This document shows positions 46,376 to 54,618 of a stretch of DNA of 64,000 nt, piece after piece (positions within the stretch are counted from its first letter, which is position 1; each line of letters starts with the position of its first letter). The notes beneath the pieces are model-generated. The model ran no database searches. It was not told the DNA's origin and saw only the letters and a list, made by a program, of their open reading frames with translations. Made by a program: the position numbers and the translations under genes. The DNA is from a virus: positions 1-64,000 of the IMG/VR virus record IMGVR_UViG_3300022842_000007; one strand, given 5' to 3'.

Positions 46376-47801
46376 CATAGAAGTGCAAGAGTTATTCTTG
46401 CGAATGATGGTAACGAACGCAGAACTATTTATAAGAACCAGTAATATATTTAACGCGGAAAATTTTGATCGTAAATTACAGCCAGTTGCAGAATTTATGA
46501 TTGAACATTCAACTGAATATAAATGTCTGCCTGATCCTACACAGATCAAAGCAACAACTGGTGAAACAATAGAAGCAGTTTCAGATTTAGATGAAGGCCA
46601 CTATGAATGGTTTATGGATGAGTTTGAAGCATTCACACGTAGACAAGAATTAGAAAGAGCCATCATGAAGTCGGTTGACCTTTTAGAACAAGGTGATTAC
46701 AACCCTGTTGAGAAACTTATCAAAGATGCGGTGCAAATCTCATTACTAAGAAACATGGGCATCGACTATTTTGATGATCCACGTGGTCGATTGATGCATC
46801 TTAAACAGAGTAATGGAGAGTCCTCTACGGGCTGGCCTTGTCTTGATCAGAAACTCTATGGTGGCTTTAACAAAGGCGAACTACAGATTTTCGCTGGTGG
46901 CTCCGGTTCAGGTAAATCGTTGATGATGCAAAATCTATCAGTTAACTGGTTATTACAGGGCAAGTCAGGGGCATTCATCACACTTGAGTTAAGTGAGGAA
47001 TTAACAGCAATGCGTGTTGACTCAATGATAACTGGTACAAAAACAAAAGAGGTGTTTAAAGATTTAGATAATGTCGAGATGAAAGTGAAGATGAAACAAA
47101 AAGTATCCGGCAACTTTCGAATTAAGTATCTTGCGGCACAATCAACAGCAAACGATATTCGAGCATACGTCAAAGAATTGCAAATACAAACTGGCATGAA
47201 AATAGATTTCTTGTGTGTCGATTACTTAGATTTGCTAATGCCTGTTAGTGCAAAGGTATCTCCGAGTGACTTGTTTGTTAAAGACAAATATGTCTCTGAA
47301 GAACTTCGTAACCTTGCAAAAGAGTTTGATATAATCTTTGTAACAGCATCACAGTTAAACAGAGGGGCAGTAGAAGAACTCGAATTTGATCACAGTCACA
47401 TCTCTGGAGGCATCTCTAAAATACATACTGCTGATAATGTGTTTGGTATCTTTACTAGTCGTAGTATGCGAGAACGCGGTCGATATCAAATACAGTTGAT
47501 GAAAACTAGATCGAGTTCTGGAGTAGGACAAACAGTAGAACTAGCATTTGACACAGAAACATTGCGTATTACCGACCCAGGGGCAACTAGCACAACCGCA
47601 TATGGAGCATCCTCACCTGCATTGCCAGCACCGGTACGGAACTCCGCACAAATTCTCATGGAAAAATTCAAGACAACTTCAGCAGTTGGAGCAACGGATG
47701 AGTTAGTACATGCTCAATTAGAGCCATCGAACAAAAAACCTGTCGGTGATATTCAAAGTACTAAATTAAAATCATTGTTGAACTCTCTAAAAGACAAATA
47801 A
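46359..47801 (+). CDS. Replicative DnaB-like helicase (T4 gp41-like)
   Basis: GGSGSGKS, ITLEL, VDYLDL, TASQLNR, KTR. Confidence 0.92.
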   Translation: MLKEFNIEVQELFLRMMVTNAELFIRTSNIFNAENFDRKLQPVAEFMIEHSTEYKCLPDPTQIKATTGETIEAVSDLDEGHYEWFMDEFEAFTRRQELERAIMKSVDLLEQGDYNPVEKLIKDAVQISLLRNMGIDYFDDPRGRLMHLKQSNGESSTGWPCLDQKLYGGFNKGELQIFAGGSGSGKSLMMQNLSVNWLLQGKSGAFITLELSEELTAMRVDSMITGTKTKEVFKDLDNVEMKVKMKQKVSGNFRIKYLAAQSTANDIRAYVKELQIQTGMKIDFLCVDYLDLLMPVSAKVSPSDLFVKDKYVSEELRNLAKEFDIIFVTASQLNRGAVEELEFDHSHISGGISKIHTADNVFGIFTSRSMRERGRYQIQLMKTRSSSGVGQTVELAFDTETLRITDPGATSTTAYGASSPALPAPVRNSAQILMEKFKTTSAVGATDELVHAQLEPSNKKPVGDIQSTKLKSLLNSLKDK

Positions 47802-47851
47802 TATGCCCATATGGGCACTAAAGACTAAATAGTACTAAGGAAAATACACTT

Positions 47852-48094
47852 ATGCAAAAGAAAACCCGAAGTCTATTAGAAGAACTTGAATCCATTGGTG
47901 TTAACCGCGACATTCCTCATCTGGTTGAGTCTCGTGGTAGCAATATCATTACTAGTGCAGTTAATCTATTAGAATTCATTGAGAAAAACTTTAGCGAGGA
48001 TGACGCTGATATGTTAGAGAAAAAATTATTAAGTGCTATTAAAGGAAGGGATAAAACTCGTTTTTCTAAGACGATGAAAAAAATACAAGGGTAA
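47852..48094 (+). CDS. Small late hypothetical protein
   Basis: TAAATA at 47826 and AAGGA SD. Confidence 0.75.
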   Translation: MQKKTRSLLEELESIGVNRDIPHLVESRGSNIITSAVNLLEFIEKNFSEDDADMLEKKLLSAIKGRDKTRFSKTMKKIQG

Positions 48095-48098
48095 TACA

Positions 48099-48800
48099 AT
48101 GAAGTTCGATGATGTAATCACAGAAGCCGGTATATTTAAGTTTGGTAACGACAAGAGCGCAGAAAAAGCACCTAGTATTAAAGGCGGAACGAATCGTGCT
48201 ACAAAATTATCAAAGAAAATCTTTCTTGACGATTTTTCAAGTGATTTAATAGGTTCCATACAAAGTGGATTGCAATCCGGCTTGATTCAGCCACCAATTA
48301 TTGCAACAGCAAACGAAAATTATAACAGATTAAATCAAATACTCGAAACTGTCATCATGACATCTGAAAATACAGCATCCGCATCCGCAGGAATGGATAT
48401 AAAGACATATATCGCGCAATGGCTTGGACAATATATGCAAGGGGTTGATTACACTGCGCATAAACCTGCTTTGTCTCGAATAATAGATCAAATAGCAGTA
48501 GCATATAACAACAGTACTAATCCAAACAGTCCTAATATTGACAGAAATCTTGTAACTCAGTTAGGCAACGGTGGCTGGGCCGCATCAAAAAGTGTAGTGC
48601 CAAAAGGCGCAAAGAATTCAGTACCTGGCAGTACTATCTTGCCACCCAATGCTCCAGATGGACCGATTGATCACGATGCCGCAGACAATACAGGCGACCG
48701 AATTGATTACGATGAGCCAGCATACAAAAGAGTAATTCCAAGAGAGAAATTCAGTGAGTCAGCCAAACGAGCAGAAAAACTGAAGAATCTGAAGAAGTAA
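48099..48800 (+). CDS. Hypothetical protein, probably internal head protein
   Basis: N-terminus MKFDDVITE; internal ANE, ILE and FSE sites. Confidence 0.7.
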   Translation: MKFDDVITEAGIFKFGNDKSAEKAPSIKGGTNRATKLSKKIFLDDFSSDLIGSIQSGLQSGLIQPPIIATANENYNRLNQILETVIMTSENTASASAGMDIKTYIAQWLGQYMQGVDYTAHKPALSRIIDQIAVAYNNSTNPNSPNIDRNLVTQLGNGGWAASKSVVPKGAKNSVPGSTILPPNAPDGPIDHDAADNTGDRIDYDEPAYKRVIPREKFSESAKRAEKLKNLKK

Positions 48801-48802
48801 TT

Positions 48803-49951
48803 ATGAACCTTGCCGAGTCACTCGCCAGTTTAACAAAAAAATTAAACGCGATCAGTATAGTTGAGGGCAAAGGACACTTGGACCACCCAGAAGACTTGGT
48901 ATTTTTAGATGATATCGCCGGCGCAAAACAAGCTATCTCAGCAATAGAACAGACTGTAAACAATCCAAACAATATAACAATCAAATGGGATGGTTATCCT
49001 GCCCTGATCTTCGGTCGTGGTACAGACGGTAGATTCTCTGTTATGGACAAGCATATGTTCAATAAGAGAGATGGTACTGGTCGTCAAGTATTCTCTCCTA
49101 AAGAATTTAAAGCATACGATGTAGCACGTGGAGTAAACAGAGGTGACTTGTACAATATTATTAATGGAATATGGTCAGGACTAGAAGCAAGTGATCGAGG
49201 CACGTTAGGTTTTTACTGGGGAGACTTGTTATTTTCTAAACCTCTCACCGCAGTTAACGGCGAGTATTCTTTCAAGGGAAATCCAAATGGCATCGCATAC
49301 AAAGTCACCGCAGACAGTGATGTTGGTAAATTGTTAGCAAATAAAAAAGCTGGTATTGCAGTACATCAGTTTATTCCGGCAACTGCATCATCAATTGATG
49401 AAGCAGAATCACTTGACGGTACAATAGGTACTCTCAAGGACAATTCAGACGTAGCAATTGTTCCTAGCAAAATGCCGATCACGCCTAACATCAAAATGCC
49501 AACTGATCTTAAAGGAAAAGCAGAACAAGAGATTGCCACAAATGCTAATGCTGTGCATTCTCTCATGCAGGCAGCACCTCAGTCCCGCAACTCATTTAAC
49601 ATGCTGTTTACAGTATACGTTAACAAGAAAATTGTCTCTCAAGATTTGTCAAACATGTACAGTGGTTTTACAGATTTTATACAAAACCGCAAAATGACAG
49701 ACTCGATGAGAACTAAAATTACTACTCATTTCAATAACCATAAAGCCGGTGTTGCTGGCGCATTTAAGATTTGGATAGCAATATATAATCTAAAACAAAA
49801 TATCATTGCCCAACTAGATCAGGCCGCTAAGGCCAGCCCGGTTAAAGGGTTTTTAGATGATGGCACAGAGACCCATGAAGGGTTTGTTGCAAATGGTGTT
49901 AAGTTTGTCAATCGTCAGGGCTTTTCTGCTCAAAATCTCGCTAAAAGATAG
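48803..49951 (+). CDS. Ligase-like nucleotidyltransferase-fold protein (DUF6267-like)
   Basis: HLDHPED, TIKWDG (motif I KxDG), WGDLLF, HEGFV (motif IV), KFVNR (motif V). Confidence 0.6.
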   Translation: MNLAESLASLTKKLNAISIVEGKGHLDHPEDLVFLDDIAGAKQAISAIEQTVNNPNNITIKWDGYPALIFGRGTDGRFSVMDKHMFNKRDGTGRQVFSPKEFKAYDVARGVNRGDLYNIINGIWSGLEASDRGTLGFYWGDLLFSKPLTAVNGEYSFKGNPNGIAYKVTADSDVGKLLANKKAGIAVHQFIPATASSIDEAESLDGTIGTLKDNSDVAIVPSKMPITPNIKMPTDLKGKAEQEIATNANAVHSLMQAAPQSRNSFNMLFTVYVNKKIVSQDLSNMYSGFTDFIQNRKMTDSMRTKITTHFNNHKAGVAGAFKIWIAIYNLKQNIIAQLDQAAKASPVKGFLDDGTETHEGFVANGVKFVNRQGFSAQNLAKR

Positions 49952-50060
49952 TCTTATAACCTTGTTTTTTTACATTTAGCATAAATAAATGTATGGACCT
50001 CATGCTGAGGGACAACAAACTACAGGACTCGGAACGAGTCTTTAAAAAAGGAATATTATA

Positions 50061-50447
50061 ATGGCACAATTTACAAGAGCAAATGGTGATTTTCAACCAG
50101 TATTAAGATTAGACAGCACTTCTTATACTAACGGCGGCGTTAACGTTGCAACTACAGGCGTAACAGTACAACCACAAGGACCCAAGTTAGACTATTGGAC
50201 AATCACTGCGGCCGGTGCTTTAACTCCTGCTGACCTTAAAGTCGGTTTTGATATAATTCAAAATAAAGCAACAATCTACATTTATGAGTATACAGACGCG
50301 GCTTCTGATCTATTAGCTATCGCAGTATACCCAACAGCGGCATATGATGCGGCTACGTTGCAGGTTGATGTTCGATTAGGACTTAACGGTTGGGTTGGAT
50401 GTACAGCCGCGAGTGGTGCAGAATTTAGTGGTCTAGCACAAGCGTAA
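50061..50447 (+). CDS. Small, probably abundant virion protein
   Basis: Own late promoter (49982), hairpin-rich leader, AAGGA SD and its own terminator. Confidence 0.7.
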   Translation: MAQFTRANGDFQPVLRLDSTSYTNGGVNVATTGVTVQPQGPKLDYWTITAAGALTPADLKVGFDIIQNKATIYIYEYTDAASDLLAIAVYPTAAYDAATLQVDVRLGLNGWVGCTAASGAEFSGLAQA

Positions 50448-50469
50448 GCTAACAACGTAACAAATTAAG

Positions 50470-50497
50470 AAGCCTCTTTTATTAGGGGCTTTTTTTT
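50470..50497 (+). terminator. Intrinsic terminator
   Basis: AAGCCTCT-TTTATT-AGGGGCTT followed by a T-run. Confidence 0.85.
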
Positions 50498-50514
50498 GGT
50501 TACTAAATAGTCAT

Positions 50515-50961
50515 ATGAAAAGAATTTCATGTCATACTCTATTTGATATTACCAACACCAATGTGTTGAATCGTTCAAAGCCTGTGGGAGATAATATCGA
50601 GTTGTGGACGATGCAACGAAATTCACAAGCAAATTTTGACACAATATTACAGTGTATAAGTCTTCGTGGCACACCAGACTTACTACAATATCCTCATAAA
50701 ATAGAATTTGATCCATACTTCGCAACCAAACATTTTGGTTTTTTAATAGACACGTTTAAAGATTTCTGGCATTGGCGATTTGATTTCTCGGTTCAACAGG
50801 ACTCTGTATTTGATAACGGCATTGATTCTCTTGGTTATTTGATAAACGATTGTCACGAGATACCTATGCTAACCGTCGGCACAGAATGCCTAAGCAGTTT
50901 ACCTAACTTCTTAGACTCTACACCAGAACTAGCCAACATTTACTTCGAGGAGCATGTATGA
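50515..50961 (+). CDS. Late hypothetical protein
   Basis: TLFDITNT...QRNSQANFDTILQCISLR; TAAATA 5 nt before ATG. Confidence 0.75.
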   Translation: MKRISCHTLFDITNTNVLNRSKPVGDNIELWTMQRNSQANFDTILQCISLRGTPDLLQYPHKIEFDPYFATKHFGFLIDTFKDFWHWRFDFSVQQDSVFDNGIDSLGYLINDCHEIPMLTVGTECLSSLPNFLDSTPELANIYFEEHV

Positions 50962-51512
50962 TGACGAAAGGTGAACTAATAGACAGGGATAAGATAACGC
51001 AATTATTTAAAGCAGAATTGCTCGATGGGTTAAAACACTCGTATATCAGCAATGATGATAGCGGTATCAAATTATTCGGTGAATACAGTATTCGGAGTAC
51101 ACCTGATAATTGTTATGTAGTTAGCAAACCTCATTGGGGAGAAGACCTAGAATTTACAAATGCTAAAAATGCCACGACATATTGTGTATTGCATCATAAT
51201 AATTTCTCAGAGATCGCAGGAAAAGTTTATACATTAGATGGTAAATTAGCAAGTATTAACTTAGATATTGCTATCCATACAAAAGGATACCAGAATTCTG
51301 GTAATACACTTGATCATAGATTAATTCAATTGACTAAATTGCAACATGATTTAGAAAAAAAGAAACAAATTGTCATACAGTTAACAAAACATATAAATAC
51401 ATCTAAAGAAACACAACGCGCCATTTTTGCAAAACAAAAAAATAAGCGGCACCTAAAGACCAGGAATTCTACTGGCGATGATAAATACAAGTACAGATTA
51501 ACTAGGAACTGA
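50958..51512 (+). CDS. Hypothetical protein
   Basis: GAGGAG SD; ATGA overlap. Confidence 0.7.
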   Translation: MMTKGELIDRDKITQLFKAELLDGLKHSYISNDDSGIKLFGEYSIRSTPDNCYVVSKPHWGEDLEFTNAKNATTYCVLHHNNFSEIAGKVYTLDGKLASINLDIAIHTKGYQNSGNTLDHRLIQLTKLQHDLEKKKQIVIQLTKHINTSKETQRAIFAKQKNKRHLKTRNSTGDDKYKYRLTRN

Positions 51513-51514
51513 TT

Positions 51515-52228
51515 ATGAAATTAAATGATTTAAACACGAAGAAAGGCCACGCCGTCACAGCGTTAAAAGAAAACTTTGAAGTTGATCTTAAAGTAAAGGG
51601 TCTTACTAAAATACAAACCGAAACAATGCTTAATAAGCTAAAAGGTTTGCTCAAGGAAGCAAAAGAATCACGCACTTTTGGTGCAGACTATCCATCATAC
51701 ATGAAAATGGTGTTCATGGAACAGGCTCTCCGGGAGCATTACAAAACAGTTCCTGCTACACCAAGAACTAGAGTAATCACTGAAAACGAAGAAGTTAATC
51801 GTTCTCAAGTCATCTTGGCCGCACAGGACATGGTTGATTCTGTTCAAAAAATGTTAGAAGAAGTTTCTGATATGCTGGTCAAAGAAATGCCTGCACTTAC
51901 GGACAGTATTCAAAGTGAAATTGGTGTCAATGAAGCACAAGCATTTGATCAAACAGCAGGCCAAGGTCTAGCTGAACTTAATCAATGTTTAGTTTCTGTT
52001 AAAGGTCAACTTGATCAAGCATTATCTGGTGTCACCGGTGGCGAAGTTATTGATGCATTTGACGGAGACATTGATATGGGCATGGGCGACGGTGAAGTAG
52101 CTGTTGATGACATGGATGTATCTGCACCAGTTGATGTTGTCGGTAATATAGACGGACCAACAATTGATGATGTAGAAGATATTGACGTAGACGTTTCTAC
52201 AGGGCCAGTCGGCAGAGCAAGAAGGTAA
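51515..52228 (+). CDS. Acidic coiled-coil protein, possible prohead core/scaffold
   Basis: TAAATA at 51482; LKE and ITE sites; VILAAQDMVD; acidic tail ending GRARR. Confidence 0.6.
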   Translation: MKLNDLNTKKGHAVTALKENFEVDLKVKGLTKIQTETMLNKLKGLLKEAKESRTFGADYPSYMKMVFMEQALREHYKTVPATPRTRVITENEEVNRSQVILAAQDMVDSVQKMLEEVSDMLVKEMPALTDSIQSEIGVNEAQAFDQTAGQGLAELNQCLVSVKGQLDQALSGVTGGEVIDAFDGDIDMGMGDGEVAVDDMDVSAPVDVVGNIDGPTIDDVEDIDVDVSTGPVGRARR

Positions 52229-52234
52229 GACCCA

Positions 52235-52597
52235 ATGAGGTTTTTCGAATTTGTTGAGCCTGCAGAAGAAGATGCACAGGTTGCCTCTATTATTGCAGTA
52301 TCTAATCAATTGCAACAGCACGTAGAAGACGAGACAGTCAATACGGACGATTTTATGGTTGATGATTTATTAGATTTGTTTCAAGCTAACGGTGTCATCT
52401 TAGATGTACAAGACCTCTACACAATGATTGATAAACCTTTACTTAAAGGAATCATATCAAATATAGAAGGTGACAAAATAGTCTTCAAAGGACACGAGCC
52501 AGTTAATATTGATCCAGATGATAGCAAATCTGATGGTGAAAGTACAGTTGCTAATATGGCAAAATCTGCTCAAACATCACCTGAATTCAAAATTTAA
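52235..52597 (+). CDS. Hypothetical protein, probably internal head protein
   Basis: N-terminus MRFFEFVE. Confidence 0.7.
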   Translation: MRFFEFVEPAEEDAQVASIIAVSNQLQQHVEDETVNTDDFMVDDLLDLFQANGVILDVQDLYTMIDKPLLKGIISNIEGDKIVFKGHEPVNIDPDDSKSDGESTVANMAKSAQTSPEFKI

Positions 52598-52607
52598 CCC
52601 AATTTAA

Positions 52608-52636
52608 TAGACACAGGTAAAGAAATGCTTTATACT
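52608..52636 (+). promoter_or_regulatory. sigma70-type promoter
   Basis: TAGACA-N17-TATACT. Confidence 0.6.
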
Positions 52637-52659
52637 TGTGTATAAGGACAATTACTTTA

Positions 52660-52977
52660 ATGGACGTTACACAAATAGCAAAAGAAAAAATTAAAATGCA
52701 CCTTGACAACAGGGGCAAAGGCTTTGGTATACGTATAGGTATTGAAACGACTGGTTGCAGTGGTTATGCCTACAAACTTGAGTTTGCTGACATAATAGAG
52801 CCTGAAGATATCAGATCAGATTATGATGGTTTCTCGGTGTTCATTGATCCCAAGGCTAAAACAATGCTTGACGGCATAACAGTTGATTATCAGAAAAAAG
52901 GACTCAATGAAGGTTTCGAGTTCATCAATCCAATAGAAAAAGCACGATGTGGTTGCGGAGAGAGCTTTACAATTTGA
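52660..52977 (+). CDS. iscA: A-type Fe-S cluster carrier (IscA/HesB family)
   Basis: TGCSGYAY, NP...CGCGESF. Confidence 0.9.
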   Translation: MDVTQIAKEKIKMHLDNRGKGFGIRIGIETTGCSGYAYKLEFADIIEPEDIRSDYDGFSVFIDPKAKTMLDGITVDYQKKGLNEGFEFINPIEKARCGCGESFTI

Positions 52978-53879
52978 AGTTGAAGATATCTCATTTAGTA
53001 GCCAATGGTTGTAGTTATACCTACGGTCATGGAATTCCTAATCCACTAGAAGATGCTTGGCCTTCTCTAGTAGCAAAAGAATTAGGTGTTCCTTTAGTCA
53101 ATCTAGCTATTCCTGGACAAGGGAATGACGCGATATATAGACACACAAATCGATATTTTTATAAAAATTTATACTATGATAACAATCCGTTATATATTCA
53201 TGCATATTCTCAGTCTGCACGACAAGAAATATATGCTCACACAGATGTCCAGGGAAATATTAGCCAAGCGCATCAGTTACTTGATTCGAGCCCAGGCAAC
53301 AAGTTGGCACTTGATAAAGAAGTATTGTTGCAAACTGATGAGTGGGCATACCATTTACTAGAAGAACACAAATGTCATCTCTGGGCCAGCATTAATGCAT
53401 TGTTAGATTCTTATAAGATTAACCACTTAGCAAGTGACTATATGCCACAGACAGATGGTGCAGTCCGGTCCTGGATGTGGCAACATAATTACAATTTACA
53501 GGCTGAAATATACACTCATAGTAATAAATTAACAGACTTTAATATAGTCACTCACCATATACCTAAAACTTCATGCTTGCATGAGACTGAAGAAGGACAC
53601 CGATACCTTGCAGATTATATCCTGCGGCAAATAAATGCTAGATGGGACGGTGTAGAAGTAATAACAGAAGACTATGCAACATTAGGAGACTCGATGGTAG
53701 TAGCACCAAATGCAAGTGATCGTATTCGACGTATAGGTATAGACAGAACAAAAGTAGATGAAGTAAAAGAATTGCCTAGTCAGTGGCTACACAATCTTTA
53801 TTATCTAAATGAATTAGGTTTGCCTTGGCTCGATATGCATTGGATGGGTAAACCACACCTCGAGGCTGAACTACCATGA
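52974..53879 (+). CDS. SGNH/GDSL-like hydrolase family protein
   Basis: ANGCSYTYG, NLAIPGQGND, HETEEGH; similar to 3334-4092. Confidence 0.65.
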   Translation: MKLKISHLVANGCSYTYGHGIPNPLEDAWPSLVAKELGVPLVNLAIPGQGNDAIYRHTNRYFYKNLYYDNNPLYIHAYSQSARQEIYAHTDVQGNISQAHQLLDSSPGNKLALDKEVLLQTDEWAYHLLEEHKCHLWASINALLDSYKINHLASDYMPQTDGAVRSWMWQHNYNLQAEIYTHSNKLTDFNIVTHHIPKTSCLHETEEGHRYLADYILRQINARWDGVEVITEDYATLGDSMVVAPNASDRIRRIGIDRTKVDEVKELPSQWLHNLYYLNELGLPWLDMHWMGKPHLEAELP

Positions 53880-54559
53880 TAACACCTAAATATCCCTACA
53901 AAATCCTTGAGAAAGGTGACTACAATGGATCGCGCAAATACCATGCTCCAGGCGGCCAGAAACTTCCGAGTGTTACAACTATATTAAGTGCCACTTCATC
54001 AGAAGAAAAGAAACAAGGATTAGAGGCCTGGCGCAAGCGAGTTGGATATGCCCAAGCGGAAGCGATCACTCTTGAAGCGGGAAGTCGTGGAACACGCATG
54101 CACAAGTGGCTCGAAGACTACATCAAAACAGATGTGAGAGGGACTCCTGGTTCAAACCCATACAGTAAACAAAGTTATAAAATGGCTCGGGAGATTATTG
54201 GTAAAGGACTTAAAAACTGTGATGAGTATTGGGGTACTGAAATTTCATTATGGTTCCCTGACATCTATGCTGGCACCACTGATTTAGTCGGTGTACACGC
54301 AGGTGATGACGCTATCATGGATCACAAACAATCGAACAAGCCCAAAAAGCGTGAATGGATTGATGAGTACTTCATTCAGCTAACCGCTTACGCTGATGCT
54401 CACAACGAACTCTACGGCACAAAAATACGCAAAGGTGTTATCTTTATGTGTAGTAAAGATTACCAATACCAAGAATTTATTGTCCAAGGCAATGAGTTTG
54501 ATAGGTATCACCAACTGTGGTTAAAGAAATTAGATCAATACTATACCCAGTTTCTGTAG
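53876..54559 (+). CDS. PD-(D/E)xK (RecB/Cas4-like) exonuclease
   Basis: PSVTTIL, RGTRMH, YAGTTD, DHKQS, QLTAYA. Confidence 0.85.
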   Translation: MITPKYPYKILEKGDYNGSRKYHAPGGQKLPSVTTILSATSSEEKKQGLEAWRKRVGYAQAEAITLEAGSRGTRMHKWLEDYIKTDVRGTPGSNPYSKQSYKMAREIIGKGLKNCDEYWGTEISLWFPDIYAGTTDLVGVHAGDDAIMDHKQSNKPKKREWIDEYFIQLTAYADAHNELYGTKIRKGVIFMCSKDYQYQEFIVQGNEFDRYHQLWLKKLDQYYTQFL

Positions 54560-54618
54560 TCTTCTAGCTTTCTAAAATTTCTAAGATAAATAAGTATAAT
54601 CACAGGAAAGTTATACTT

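Noticed and set aside
26571-47801. Introns or inteins in terminase, UvsX or the helicases
   Set aside because: The ORFs are continuous, of normal length, and lack splicing or homing-endonuclease motifs.
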